Shown in pieces: positions 20,407 through 30,089 of a stretch of DNA of 32,000 bases. Source of the DNA: Candidatus Saccharimonadota bacterium. GTDB lineage: Bacteria; Pseudomonadota; Gammaproteobacteria; Johnevansiales; Johnevansiaceae. Made by a program: the position numbers and the translations under genes. The notes beneath the pieces are model-generated. The model was not told the origin of the DNA, ran no database searches, and saw only the letters and a program-made list of their open reading frames with translations. Position 1 is the first letter of the stretch, and the number at the start of each line of letters is the position of its first letter. The stretch lies in assembly GCF_902713755.1 (NCBI RefSeq), contig NZ_LR744089.1; one strand, given 5' to 3'.

Positions 20407-20970
20407 TTACCCTATTACCCCTATTAAATATACTAATGTGAAAATACAAACCCATATTATATGTAAAAAATGCCAAAAAATACTTAAACATAATAAACTC
20501 GTTTTATTTTTTATATTTAACCCTTTTAACAAAATATTTATTAATAAACATATCCCCCAATATATTCCTATTATAATATGTATACAATGTGTTCCTATTA
20601 ATGTAAGATACGCTGAAATACAACTGCTTGTTTTCGGTGTAAATCCTTGATTTATTAAATTCATAATTTCTTTCATTTCTAAACTTACAAATATTAAACC
20701 TAATAATAAAACTATTAATAAATTAAATACAATTTTTTCTTTTTTTAAAACTAATACTACTATACCTATAATAAAACTACTTAATAATAATATTAATGTT
20801 TCTATATTTACCATATACATATTATACATATTCATATTATACATATTATGTTTTTTACTTAATAAAACATATACAGCAAATATTACAGAAAATAATATAC
20901 AATCACTTAAAATATATATCCAAAAACCTAATAATATTTTCTTTTCACTTACATTGTCTATTTTATACAT
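20407..20970 (-). CDS. cyoC: Cytochrome bo3 ubiquinol oxidase subunit III
   Basis: 187 aa. LGFWIYILSDCILFSVIFAVY, ISAYLTLIGTHCIHIIIGIYW, LCLSIFWHFLHIIWVCIFTLVYLIG are colinear with E. coli CyoC. Confidence 0.93.
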   Translation of the reverse strand: MYKIDNVSEKKILLGFWIYILSDCILFSVIFAVYVLLSKKHNMYNMNMYNMYMVNIETLILLLSSFIIGIVVLVLKKEKIVFNLLIVLLLGLIFVSLEMKEIMNLINQGFTPKTSSCISAYLTLIGTHCIHIIIGIYWGICLLINILLKGLNIKNKTSLLCLSIFWHFLHIIWVCIFTLVYLIGVIG

Positions 20971-20989
20971 TTTTTATACCAGTTTTAAC

Positions 20990-22939
20990 TTATATAAATC
21001 TTTTTTCATTTTTTTTTATTTCCTCTACATTTATATAATAATATTTATTTTTACTATATATATAAAACAGATAGGTAATTATTATTCCTATAAATCCTAC
21101 AATAGATAACCACCAAATATACCAAACCATTGAAAAACTAAAAATTAAACTAAATAAAGAAATTATAAAAGCTTTACTAGTATCTTTAGGCATTTTTATT
21201 TTTTTATATTTATTTTTTTTTACATATTGTCTTTTTTTTCTAACCCAAACATTATCCCTATCAATCACCTTTGGTATATTTGCAAAATTATAACTTTGAG
21301 GAGGAGAAGATATACTCCATTCTAAGGTTCTTCCATTCCACATATCACCTGAATAATCTTTATTTTTATCTTTTTCTATTATACTTCTAATTAATTGTAA
21401 TATTTGACCAATTATTCCCAATAAAATTATTATTGTTCCAAACATTGCTATTAATAATAATATATGCCAAATATTATTATTATAATAACTTACTCTTCTT
21501 GTCATTCCTAATAACCCCAAAATATATAAAGGAACAAATGCTACAAATAAACCTATTAACCAACAAAAAACTGTATATTTCCCTAGTTTTTCATTTAATT
21601 TAAAACCAAATATTTTAGGAAACCAATAATTTAAACCTGCTAAATATCCAAATATTACACCTCCTATTATTACATTGTGAAAATGCGCTACTAAAAATAA
21701 ACTATTGTGTAATAAAAAATCTACCCCAGGTATAGATAATAATACTCCTGCCATCCCTCCTATACTAAACGCTATTAAAAACCCTACTGTCCATAACATT
21801 GGAATACTACATTCGATTTTTCCTTTATAAATTGTAAATAACCAATTAAAAATTTTTACTCCTGTTGGTATTGAAATTATCATAGTAGATATACCAAAAA
21901 ATGCATTTACATCTGCACCTGCACCCATTGTAAAAAAATGATGCAACCACACTATAAATGATAATCCTGTTATTACACTAGTAGCATATACTAAAGATTT
22001 ATAACCAAATAACCTTTTTTTACAAAAAGTAGCTACTACTTCGGAAAATATTCCAAATGCAGGTAAAATTAATATATACACTTCTGGATGTCCCCATGCC
22101 CAAATAAGATTTACATACATCATTGGGTTTCCACCAAAATGATTAGTAAAAATTTGCATATCTAAATATCTATCTAATGTTAATAAACAAATCGTAGCCG
22201 TTAATATAGGAAACGACATAATTATTAAAATATTACTACATAATATTGTCCATGTAAAAATAGGTAATCTCATAAAGTACATTCCTGGTGCACGCATTTT
22301 TATTATTGTTACTAAAAAATTTATACCTGATATTAACGTTCCTATACCTGATACCTGTAAACTCCATATCCAATAGTCTACCCCTACTCCTTTACTAAAT
22401 TCTATCCCAGATAATGGTGGATACGATAACCACCCTGTTGAAGCAAATTCCCCTATAAATAAAGAAATATTAATTAATATACCTGAAAATACTGTTAACC
22501 ATAAACTTAATGAATTTAAAAAAGGAAACGCCACATCTCTTGCACCAATTTGTAATGGAACTATTATATTCATTAAACCAAACATAAAAGGCATCGCCAT
22601 AAAAAATATCATTATTACACCATGTACTGTAAAAATTTGATCATAATGATATGAAGGTAAATACCCTATATTATCTTTATAAGCAATAACTTGTTGTATT
22701 CTCATCATAATTGCATCTGTAAAACCCCGTATTAACATAATAAATGCAAATATAATATACATTATACCTATTTTTTTATGATCTAATGTTCTTATCCAAT
22801 TTTTCCAAATATATATCCATTTTTTAAAATATGTTATTATACTAACAATAAAAACACTAACAAAAAATAATAATATTCCTGTACATAAAATTATAGGTTC
22901 TTTATAAGGGACAGACTCCCAAGTTAATCTACCTAACAT
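20990..22939 (-). CDS. cyoB: Cytochrome bo3 ubiquinol oxidase subunit I
   Basis: 649 aa heme-copper oxidase. [16 protein letters not shown] (E. coli MFGKLSLDAVPFHEPI), [50 protein letters not shown]. Confidence 0.98.
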   Translation of the reverse strand: MLGRLTWESVPYKEPIILCTGILLFFVSVFIVSIITYFKKWIYIWKNWIRTLDHKKIGIMYIIFAFIMLIRGFTDAIMMRIQQVIAYKDNIGYLPSYHYDQIFTVHGVIMIFFMAMPFMFGLMNIIVPLQIGARDVAFPFLNSLSLWLTVFSGILINISLFIGEFASTGWLSYPPLSGIEFSKGVGVDYWIWSLQVSGIGTLISGINFLVTIIKMRAPGMYFMRLPIFTWTILCSNILIIMSFPILTATICLLTLDRYLDMQIFTNHFGGNPMMYVNLIWAWGHPEVYILILPAFGIFSEVVATFCKKRLFGYKSLVYATSVITGLSFIVWLHHFFTMGAGADVNAFFGISTMIISIPTGVKIFNWLFTIYKGKIECSIPMLWTVGFLIAFSIGGMAGVLLSIPGVDFLLHNSLFLVAHFHNVIIGGVIFGYLAGLNYWFPKIFGFKLNEKLGKYTVFCWLIGLFVAFVPLYILGLLGMTRRVSYYNNNIWHILLLIAMFGTIIILLGIIGQILQLIRSIIEKDKNKDYSGDMWNGRTLEWSISSPPQSYNFANIPKVIDRDNVWVRKKRQYVKKNKYKKIKMPKDTSKAFIISLFSLIFSFSMVWYIWWLSIVGFIGIIITYLFYIYSKNKYYYINVEEIKKNEKRFI

Positions 22940-23760
22940 CTTTCTACTCCTTTATTTATTAATAATTTTAAATATTTTTTTTCTAAAGATGAATAATATT
23001 CTATTTTATTATTTATAGTTTCTTTTAATAATATTTTATAATTTATATTTTTTTTATATTCTTTTATTTTTTTTATCCATCTTTCAAAATTTTTTAATGA
23101 TACTACTAAAACTTTAAATTTCATACCAGAAAATCCTTTTCCACTAAAATTAGTGGACATTCCTATATAATTACCTTTTTTATTCGACATTAAAAAATTT
23201 TTATTTTTCATACCTGCCATAGCGTACATTTGACTACATAATTGTGGTATAAAGAACGAATTCATTACTGTTTCTGATGTTATTTTCAACTCTATCGGAA
23301 CCTTTATTGGTAAAACTAATTGATTTATGGTAGCTATTCCTATTTTATTATAAATAAATAACCATTTCCAATCTAAAGATATTACTTCTACATTAATTAC
23401 ATTATTATTATTATAAATAATTTGTTTTTGAGGTGCTAATTCATGTGTGCTTTTCCAAGTAATAATCCCTAAAATTAAAATAATCATAATCGGGACACCC
23501 CAAATTACCACTTCCACTTTTTTTGAATAATCCCAATCAGGTTTATATTCTAGTTTTTTTTTTCTTTCTCTATATTTATAATAAAAATACAATGTCATAA
23601 ATATAACAGGTATAACAATTATTAACATTAATAAAGTTGATATAAAAATTAAATACTTTTGTTCTAAACATATTTTTCCACCTGGATTTAATATACTTAT
23701 ATATCCTTCATTATTTAATATTAATATAAGTAATAAACTTAAATATATTTTTTTTTTCAT
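22933..23760 (-). CDS. cyoA: Cytochrome bo3 ubiquinol oxidase subunit II (shortened C-terminus)
   Basis: 275 aa. [12 protein letters not shown], two TM helices, [14 protein letters not shown]...[44 protein letters not shown] all parallel E. coli CyoA. 7-nt overlap with cyoB. Confidence 0.95.
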   Translation of the reverse strand: MKKKIYLSLLLILILNNEGYISILNPGGKICLEQKYLIFISTLLMLIIVIPVIFMTLYFYYKYRERKKKLEYKPDWDYSKKVEVVIWGVPIMIILILGIITWKSTHELAPQKQIIYNNNNVINVEVISLDWKWLFIYNKIGIATINQLVLPIKVPIELKITSETVMNSFFIPQLCSQMYAMAGMKNKNFLMSNKKGNYIGMSTNFSGKGFSGMKFKVLVVSLKNFERWIKKIKEYKKNINYKILLKETINNKIEYYSSLEKKYLKLLINKGVERC

Positions 23761-23787
23761 TTATCTTTCCACAATTAATTTTTATCA

Positions 23788-25527
23788 CTATTCTTCCATA
23801 AATGAACGTAATGCTTCTGACCGTGATGGATGCCTTAATTTACGTAATGCTTTTGCTTCTATTTGACGAATTCTTTCACGAGTTACATCAAATTGTTTTC
23901 CTACCTCTTCTAATGTATGATCTGTATTCATATCTATTCCAAATCTCATTCTTAAAACTTTTGCTTCCCTAGCTGTTAATTCACTTAATACATTTCTTGT
24001 TGCTTCCACTAATCCTTCATCTGTTGCTGCTTCTATAGGTGATGCTGTAATATTATCTTCTATCACATCACTTAAATAATAATCTTCATCTTCACCTATA
24101 GGCGTTTCTATTGAAATAGGTTCTTTTGCAATTTTCATAATTTTTCTTATTTTATTTTCTGAAATTTCAAGTCTATTACTTAATTCTTCAGGAGTAGGTT
24201 CTATACCTCTTTCTTGCAACATTTTTCTTGATAATCTTTTTAATCTATTTATTGTTTCTATCATATGTACTGGTATTCTTATTGTTCTAGCTTGATCAGC
24301 TATTGATCTGGTAATTGCTTGACGTATCCACCATGTTGCATATGTAGAAAATTTATATCCTCTTCGATATTCAAATTTATCAACTGCTTTCATTAAACCT
24401 ATATTACCTTCTTGAATTAAATCTAAAAATTGTAATCCACGATTTGTATATTTTTTTGCAATTGAAATTACTAATCTTAAATTAGCTTCAATCATTTCTT
24501 TTTTTGCTTTATGTGCCTTATATTCTCCTATTAACAACTTTCTATTTATTTCTTTTAATTCAACAACAGATAAATTTATTTGTTGTTGTTCTAATAATAT
24601 TTTGTTTTGTGCTTTTAAAATATCACTTCTATATTTTTTTATACTTGAATTATATATAAATTTATCTAACCACTTTAAATTAGATTCATTACCTATAAAA
24701 CTATTTATAACTTCCTTTCTTGATAATTTTACATATTTTACCATATATTTTAATATTAATTTTTCTTGAATTCTTATATTTTTTATACTTAAACGAACTT
24801 TACTTAATAAACATTCAAAATGTTTTGGCAATAATTTTATTTGTGAAAATATTTTTGATAAAAACTTTAATTCTATTTTTGTTTCTTTTGATTCATACCC
24901 ATATTTTAATCTGGTTATTTTTACTTTTTTATTTTGTTTACGAATTTTTTCAAATATTTGTTTTGTCAATATAGGATCTGGTCCTTCATTATAATTTTCA
25001 CTATTAAACACATTATTTTTTAATTTCTCTTCTTTTTTTAAATTCATAAAACCAGTAAACAAATCAGAAAGTTTTCCTTCTGATTCTTTTATTATTAAAT
25101 CATAAATTTCTATGATATAATCAACTGCTCCCGGTAAATATACTATTGCCGCCATAATTTCTTTAGTACCTTCTTCTATTTTTTTTGCTATTTCTATTTC
25201 ACCTTTTCTATTTAATAATTCTATATTTCCCATTTCTCTCATATATATACGTACTGGATCAGTATTACGTATATCATTTTCTTTCTTAAAAGAATTTATT
25301 TCACTTTTTTCTTCTATATTATTAGAATTTTTATCTTCTTCAGATATTTTATCAATATCAATAATATTAATTCCTTTTTCTTTAACAATACATATAATAT
25401 CCTCTATTTTTTCTCTATTAGTCATATCATCATCAAATAAATCACAAATTTCTGAATAAATCAAAAATCCTTGTTCTTTACCTTTATTTATTAATTCTTT
25501 TATATTTAATTCTAATATTTCCAACAT
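23788..25527 (-). CDS. rpoD: RNA polymerase primary sigma factor sigma70
   Basis: 579 aa. [11 protein letters not shown], and regions 2-4 almost identical to E. coli ([76 protein letters not shown] ... [34 protein letters not shown]). Confidence 0.99.
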   Translation of the reverse strand: MLEILELNIKELINKGKEQGFLIYSEICDLFDDDMTNREKIEDIICIVKEKGINIIDIDKISEEDKNSNNIEEKSEINSFKKENDIRNTDPVRIYMREMGNIELLNRKGEIEIAKKIEEGTKEIMAAIVYLPGAVDYIIEIYDLIIKESEGKLSDLFTGFMNLKKEEKLKNNVFNSENYNEGPDPILTKQIFEKIRKQNKKVKITRLKYGYESKETKIELKFLSKIFSQIKLLPKHFECLLSKVRLSIKNIRIQEKLILKYMVKYVKLSRKEVINSFIGNESNLKWLDKFIYNSSIKKYRSDILKAQNKILLEQQQINLSVVELKEINRKLLIGEYKAHKAKKEMIEANLRLVISIAKKYTNRGLQFLDLIQEGNIGLMKAVDKFEYRRGYKFSTYATWWIRQAITRSIADQARTIRIPVHMIETINRLKRLSRKMLQERGIEPTPEELSNRLEISENKIRKIMKIAKEPISIETPIGEDEDYYLSDVIEDNITASPIEAATDEGLVEATRNVLSELTAREAKVLRMRFGIDMNTDHTLEEVGKQFDVTRERIRQIEAKALRKLRHPSRSEALRSFMEE

Positions 25528-25560
25528 ATTTTTCTCTACATTTTATACTATTATTTTAAT

Positions 25561-25585
25561 AAGTATATTAAGTATATTAAGTATA
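25561..25585. repeat. 9-bp tandem repeat AAGTATATT x about 2.8 in the rpsU-rpoD spacer
   Basis: Read directly: aagtatatt aagtatatt aagtata at 25561-25585, within the 98-nt non-coding gap 25528-25625. Confidence 0.9.
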
Positions 25586-25599
25586 ATATTTATTATCAA
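25571..25599 (-). promoter_or_regulatory. Weak sigma70-like promoter candidate for rpoD (TTGATA-N17-TATACT)
   Basis: On the minus strand, TTGATA sits at 25599-25594, followed by a 17-nt spacer and TATACT at 25576-25571, about 45 nt upstream of the rpoD ATG. A/T-rich hexamers like these are common by chance here, so this is tentative. Confidence 0.25.
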
Positions 25600-25625
25600 C
25601 CATCTAATAGTTCATTATGAAAACT

Positions 25626-25841
25626 TTAATATTTACGGTCAAAACGTTTACGGTCACGTTTCATTTTTTTCATATAACGTTTTATAGCCGCAGCTGCTTT
25701 TCTTTTACGAATAGATGTAGGTTTTTCATAAAATTCTCTACGTCGTACTTCTGATAATATCCCTCCTTTTTCACAAGATCTTTTAAATCTTCTTAAAGCA
25801 ACGTCAAATGATTCATTTTCTCTTATTTTAATATAAGGCAT
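25626..25841 (-). CDS. rpsU: 30S ribosomal protein S21
   Basis: 71 aa. [45 protein letters not shown] matches E. coli S21 nearly residue for residue. Confidence 0.97.
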   Translation of the reverse strand: MPYIKIRENESFDVALRRFKRSCEKGGILSEVRRREFYEKPTSIRKRKAAAAIKRYMKKMKRDRKRFDRKY

Positions 25842-25846
25842 TTTTT

Positions 25847-25852
25847 CTCCTT
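25847..25852 (-). promoter_or_regulatory. Shine-Dalgarno AAGGAG for rpsU
   Basis: The plus strand reads CTCCTT at 25847-25852, so the mRNA reads AAGGAG, 5 nt upstream of the rpsU ATG (25841). Confidence 0.55.
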
Positions 25853-25909
25853 TTTAGTTTTTTATATAATATTTTATTTTATTTTTATATAATAATATAT
25901 AATATTAAC

Positions 25910-26935
25910 ATGATTATTTTAGGAATTGAAACGTCTTGTGATGACACATGTATTGCAATATATGATACTAAATATGGTTTAATTGCAAATAACAAATATA
26001 CTCAACCTATCCATACTATTTTTGGAGGTGTGATACCAAAATTTTCTTCCATATATCATTTAAATAAATTAATTTCTATTATTAAATCTTTATTATTAAA
26101 ATTAAAAATTACTAATATCAACGCAATAGCTTATACTGCTGGACCGGGATTATACACTTCATTACTTATTGGAGCCTATATTGCTTATAGTATTTCTTAT
26201 ACACTTAATATACCTATTATAGGTGTTAATCATTTAGAAGGACATATATTTTCAGCTATGATTAATAAAACTAAACCTCATTTTCCTTTTATTTCTTTAT
26301 TAATTTCTGGTGGTAATACTCAATTAATTGATGTTCACAATATAGGACATTATAAACTAATAGGCTCATCCTTAGATGATTCACTTGGAGAAACTTTTGA
26401 TAAAATAGCAAAAGTTCTTAATCTATCTTATCCTGGAGGAGAAAAATTATCCTATTTATCAAATTTTGGTAAAATCAACAAACAATTGATTCCTAAAATA
26501 TTAGCTTATAATATAAATTTCAGTTTTTCTGGTATTAAAACATATTATTTTAAACAAAAACAATTAACTAAAAAACATAAGTATCAATATAAAGCTAATT
26601 TAGCCAAATCCTTTGAAGAATATATTCTTAATATAATGAGTTTAAAATGTTATAAAGCATTAATTAAATATGGTAGATCTTGTCTTATAATTTCAGGTGG
26701 TGTAAGTGCAAATAATAATTTACGTAAAAATTTTATAAACAAATTAAAAAATAAAATTAATAATTTTACAATTTATTTTCCAGAAAAAAATCTTTGTACC
26801 GATAATGCTGCAATGATTGCTTATGTAGGTGCTATACGTATCACTTCAGGAGAAAAACTAAATAATAATATTATTATACGTCCCATTTGGTCTTTAGAAA
26901 AACTTAAATATCCTTTATTAAATATCCTTTATTAA
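25910..26935 (+). CDS. tsaD: tRNA N6-adenosine threonylcarbamoyltransferase TsaD (Kae1/Gcp/YgjD family)
   Basis: 341 aa. MIILGIETSCDDTCIAIYD, AIAYTAGPGL, GVNHLEGH, ISGGNTQLI, GETFDKIAKVLNLSYPGGEKL, FSFSGIKT, SGGVSANNNLR, CTDNAAMIAY are colinear with E. coli TsaD. Divergent from rpsU as in many Proteobacteria. The only plus-strand gene in the window. Confidence 0.95.
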   Translation: MIILGIETSCDDTCIAIYDTKYGLIANNKYTQPIHTIFGGVIPKFSSIYHLNKLISIIKSLLLKLKITNINAIAYTAGPGLYTSLLIGAYIAYSISYTLNIPIIGVNHLEGHIFSAMINKTKPHFPFISLLISGGNTQLIDVHNIGHYKLIGSSLDDSLGETFDKIAKVLNLSYPGGEKLSYLSNFGKINKQLIPKILAYNINFSFSGIKTYYFKQKQLTKKHKYQYKANLAKSFEEYILNIMSLKCYKALIKYGRSCLIISGGVSANNNLRKNFINKLKNKINNFTIYFPEKNLCTDNAAMIAYVGAIRITSGEKLNNNIIIRPIWSLEKLKYPLLNILY

Positions 26936-26945
26936 ATATCCTTTA
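26906..26945. repeat. 14-bp tandem repeat AAATATCCTTTATT x about 2.9 spanning the overlapping stop codons of tsaD and rsmA
   Basis: Read directly: two perfect copies at 26906-26919 and 26920-26933, and a 12/14 third copy from 26934. The tsaD TAA is at 26933-26935 and the rsmA TAA (reverse) is at 26934-26932. Confidence 0.9.
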
Positions 26946-27693
26946 AATCTATTATTGTATTTGTTAGAATTACAAATTCTTTTATTGTTAATGTTTTTGC
27001 TCTTCTTTTTGGACTTATATTTATTAATCCTTTTAAATTATTTTGTAATGTTTGCCTTTTCTTTGAAAAAGATTTTTTTACTATATAAAAAAATCTCTTT
27101 TTATCTTTTACTATTAATTGTTTTTTTTTATAAGGTATTAACTTAATCATAGTTGATATTACTTTTGGTTTTGGAATAAACTTGTCTGAACTTAACTCCA
27201 ATACTTTAAACACTTTACAAAAATATTGTATAATCACTGAAATACCACACCAACTTTTTTCTCCTTTTTTAGCTGACAATCTCCTTGATACTTCTTTTTG
27301 AAACATTAAATGCATATCTTTTATATTTTTTTTATATTTTATTAATTTTACTAAAATTTTTACCGATATATGATAAGGTAAATTTCCTATAACTCTAATA
27401 TTTTTTATTTTACTTAAATCACTTTTTAAAATATCTTTTTGAAAAAAGATATAATTTGAATAAAAATAAAATTTATTCACTAACATTTTTATTAACTCCT
27501 TATCAATTTCTATTGAATAAATTTTATTTTTTGTAATATCTAAAACTTTTTGTGTTATTAACCCTATTCCTGAACCTATTTCTACTATATTATCATATTT
27601 TTTTATATTAATTATATTAATTATATTTTTTATTATACCTTTTTTTATAATAAAGTTTTGACCTAATTCTTTTTTTATTTTAATTTTTAACAT
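26932..27693 (-). CDS. rsmA: 16S rRNA (adenine1518/1519-N6)-dimethyltransferase
   Basis: 253 aa. KELGQNFIIKKGIIKNII, the SAM motif VEIGSGIGLIT, and GNLPYHIS (E. coli RFGQNFL, VEIGPGLAALT, GNLPYNIS). Confidence 0.92.
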   Translation of the reverse strand: MLKIKIKKELGQNFIIKKGIIKNIINIINIKKYDNIVEIGSGIGLITQKVLDITKNKIYSIEIDKELIKMLVNKFYFYSNYIFFQKDILKSDLSKIKNIRVIGNLPYHISVKILVKLIKYKKNIKDMHLMFQKEVSRRLSAKKGEKSWCGISVIIQYFCKVFKVLELSSDKFIPKPKVISTMIKLIPYKKKQLIVKDKKRFFYIVKKSFSKKRQTLQNNLKGLINISPKRRAKTLTIKEFVILTNTIIDLKDI

Positions 27694-29042
27694 TCTTTTA
27701 AATTTTCAAATTTAGTATATTTTCCTATAAATCTAATATTTATAACCCCTATTGGACCATTTCTTTGTTTTCCTATGATCAATTCCGCTAAACCTTTATT
27801 ATCTAAACTATCACTATTATATAGTTCATCTCTATAAATAAATAAAATTAAATCTGCATCTTGTTCTATAGCACCTGATTCTCTTAAATCTGAAATTATT
27901 GGCCTTTTATTAATACGTTGTTCTAACGATCTATTTAATTGTGATACAGCTAATACAGGACAATTAAATTCTTTAGCTATACTTTTTAAAGATCTAGAAA
28001 TTTCAGAAATTTCTGCAGTACGATTATATGATATTCCAGAAACCTGCATTAATTGTAAGTAATCTATCATTATTAAACTTATTTTTCCTGTATCTCTTAT
28101 ACATCTTCTTATTTTTTTTCTTATTTCTATTGGGGTAAGCATTGGTGTGTCATCTATATATAATTTACAATTCTTAATTAATTTTAATGATTCAGTTAAT
28201 TTTAACCAATCCTCTTCTCCTATATTACCTTTTCTTATATTATTTTGATCGATACGTCCTAATGAAGATAACATTCGCAATATTAATTGTTCTGCCGGCA
28301 TTTCCATAGAAAATATTATTACTGGATCATCATGATTATTTAGAATAATATATTCTACAATATTCATTGCAAAACTCGTTTTGCCCATAGAAGGTCTACC
28401 TGCTATTATTATTAAATCTGATTTTTGAAAACCAGATGTCATTTTATCTAATTCATTAAATCCTGTTATTAATCCAGTCATAGAACTTTTTGTGCTATAC
28501 ATTTTATTTATACGATCAATTGTTCTATTTAATAATTCATTTATATTTAATATATTTTTAACTCTATATCTTGATTCTGATATTTTAAATATTAATTTTT
28601 CAGCTTTATTTATTATTTCTTGCACATTCTTACCCTTTCTATTACAAGCTTCTTTTGCTATTGTATTTGCTATACTTATTAAATTACGCAAAATTGCACG
28701 TTCTCTAACTATATCTGCATACGCAACAATATTCTTTATTGAATGAGTATTTCTAGATAATTCTGCTAAATAACTTATTCCACCAATTTTTTCTAAATTA
28801 TTTTTTTTTTCTAAAGATTCCGCAACAGTTACTATATCTATTATATTATTTTTTTCTGCTATATCTTTAATAGCATCAAAAATATATTTATGTTTTATAC
28901 TATAAAAATCTTCATTTATAATAATTTCTGATATTTTATTCCACGCTTCATTATCAAGCATTAAACCACCTAATATTGATTGTTCTGCTTCTAATGAATG
29001 AGGAGGTATGTTAAAGTTTTTTATATCTTTAATTTTTTTCAT
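27687..29042 (-). CDS. dnaB: Replicative DNA helicase DnaB
   Basis: 451 aa. IPPHSLEAEQSILGGLMLDNEAW, Walker A IIAGRPSMGKTSFAMNI, IFSMEMPAEQL, IDYLQLM, SRSLKSIAKEFNCPVLAVSQLNRSLEQR, DLRESGAIEQDADLILFIYRD. Confidence 0.98.
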   Translation of the reverse strand: MKKIKDIKNFNIPPHSLEAEQSILGGLMLDNEAWNKISEIIINEDFYSIKHKYIFDAIKDIAEKNNIIDIVTVAESLEKKNNLEKIGGISYLAELSRNTHSIKNIVAYADIVRERAILRNLISIANTIAKEACNRKGKNVQEIINKAEKLIFKISESRYRVKNILNINELLNRTIDRINKMYSTKSSMTGLITGFNELDKMTSGFQKSDLIIIAGRPSMGKTSFAMNIVEYIILNNHDDPVIIFSMEMPAEQLILRMLSSLGRIDQNNIRKGNIGEEDWLKLTESLKLIKNCKLYIDDTPMLTPIEIRKKIRRCIRDTGKISLIMIDYLQLMQVSGISYNRTAEISEISRSLKSIAKEFNCPVLAVSQLNRSLEQRINKRPIISDLRESGAIEQDADLILFIYRDELYNSDSLDNKGLAELIIGKQRNGPIGVINIRFIGKYTKFENLKEC

Positions 29043-29454
29043 TTATTTTTTTTATATTTATATTTATATTTATTTTTTCATATAATTTTATTTTATATTC
29101 ATATTCTCCAATTTTTTTTATTTGATTTTTCTTTATTTTTATTCCATATTTTTCATAAAATTTTTTCGATAAATAACGCCTTCCTATCGAACCAACTAAT
29201 TTCCCTGTTGGTCCTGATTTACAAAATACTTCTATATTTACATTTTTTAATTTTTTTTTAATTTTGTTTATATATAATTTATATTCATTTAAAAAGTAAT
29301 TACGTTTTGCATAAAAAAAATCTATATTTTTTTTCTTTGCTATTATTGCTAAACCTTTTCTTATTAAATAATTTCTCGCATAACCATTTTTTACATTTAC
29401 TATCTCACCTTGTTTTACACTTTTACTATTTTTCTCAAGTAATATAACTTTCAT
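29029..29454 (-). CDS. rplI: 50S ribosomal protein L9
   Basis: 141 aa. MKVILLEK......[32 protein letters not shown] parallels E. coli [55 protein letters not shown] also matches. 14-nt overlap with the dnaB start. Confidence 0.93.
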   Translation of the reverse strand: [141 protein letters not shown]

Positions 29455-29469
29455 ATCTAGACACCTTTG

Positions 29470-29691
29470 TTATATCTTTTTATCAGTATAAGGTAATAAA
29501 CCCAAATATCTTGCTTTTTTTATTGCTTTAGTTAATTTTCTCTGGTATCTTACTTTTGTACCTGTTATTCTACTTGGAATTATTTTTCCATTATCAGATA
29601 TATATAATTTTAATATATCACTATTTTTATAATCTATTTCTTTTACTTTTTCAGCTGTAAAAATACAATATTTTTTTTTACGAAATAACAT
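29470..29691 (-). CDS. rpsR: 30S ribosomal protein S18
   Basis: 73 aa. [68 protein letters not shown] is near-colinear with E. coli S18. Confidence 0.96.
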   Translation of the reverse strand: MLFRKKKYCIFTAEKVKEIDYKNSDILKLYISDNGKIIPSRITGTKVRYQRKLTKAIKKARYLGLLPYTDKKI

Positions 29692-29708
29692 TTTTGTATC
29701 CTATTAGA

Positions 29709-29987
29709 TTAATTTTTTTTAACAATAATATATCTAATTATTACTTCATTATATTTTATTTTTTTTTCTATTTTTTTTATAACATATTTTTCACATTGTA
29801 TATTTATTAATATAATATTAGCTTTTTTTTGATTTTTTATTAAATAATATAAATTTAAATTCCCTAAATCTTCCAATTTCTTTATTAATCCATTGTTTTC
29901 AATAATAATTGAAATTATTTTTTTTATAATTTCTGATATTAAAGTATTTTTATTTACATAAAATAAAACAACTATTTCATAATTCAT
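29709..29987 (-). CDS. rpsF: 30S ribosomal protein S6 (start trimmed to the internal ATG, 92 aa)
   Basis: MNYEIVVLFYVN...LIKKLEDLGNLNLYYLIKNQKKANIILINIQ parallels E. coli MRHYEIVFMVHPD...[31 protein letters not shown]. The ORF-track N-terminal extension (29988-50) runs into tRNA-Asp, so I use the ATG at 29987-29985. Confidence 0.88.
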   Translation of the reverse strand: MNYEIVVLFYVNKNTLISEIIKKIISIIIENNGLIKKLEDLGNLNLYYLIKNQKKANIILINIQCEKYVIKKIEKKIKYNEVIIRYIIVKKN

Positions 29988-30008
29988 AATTTTTATATCC
30001 TTATAAAA

Positions 30009-30082
30009 CGGATCGAACGGGACTTGAACCCGTGACCTTCGGCGTGACAAGCCGATATTCTAACCAACTAAACTACCGATCC
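30009..30082 (-). tRNA. aspT: tRNA-Asp (anticodon GTC)
   Basis: Reverse complement GGATCGGTAGTTTAGTTGGTTAGAATATCGGCTTGTCACGCCGAAGGTCACGGGTTCAAGTCCCGTTCGATCCG. Anticodon stem TCGGC/GCCGA, loop TT-GTC-AC. Closely resembles E. coli tRNA-Asp. Confidence 0.95.
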
Positions 30083-30089
30083 TTTTTTT

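Noticed and set aside
20812-20847. Imperfect AATATGTAT-type repeats in cyoC encoding NMYNMNMYNMYM.
   Set aside because: The segment occupies the loop between TM1 and TM2 of CyoC, and by eye its length is similar to the E. coli loop. It looks like AT-driven low-complexity replacement of an unconstrained loop, not an insertion or a regulatory element.
25842-25909. Several TATAAT hexamers in the divergent rpsU/tsaD spacer as tsaD promoters.
   Set aside because: TATAAT occurs repeatedly by chance in a spacer that is almost pure A/T, and none has a plausible -35 partner. The region surely contains promoter activity, but I cannot pinpoint it. Only the rpsU AAGGAG RBS is specific enough to report.
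29054-29071. (ATATTT)x3 hexanucleotide repeat at the rplI 3' end, overlapping the region just upstream of dnaB.
   Set aside because: It is short and in frame (encoding NININI in the poorly conserved L9 C-terminus). It is typical AT-rich low complexity, and no function can be argued from the sequence.
29692-29708. Absence of priB between rpsF and rpsR.
   Set aside because: The rpsF-priB-rpsR arrangement is typical of enterics and some other lineages but not of Pseudomonas-like gammaproteobacteria. The rest of the gene order here matches the Pseudomonas-like pattern, so absence at this site is not informative.
29988-30050. N-terminal extension of the rpsF ORF (MSRRRSRVQVPFDPFYKDIKI...) given in the ORF track.
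   Set aside because: The extension is the translation of tRNA-Asp (30009-30082) read in frame. S6 homology begins at the internal MNYEIVV (ATG at 29987).
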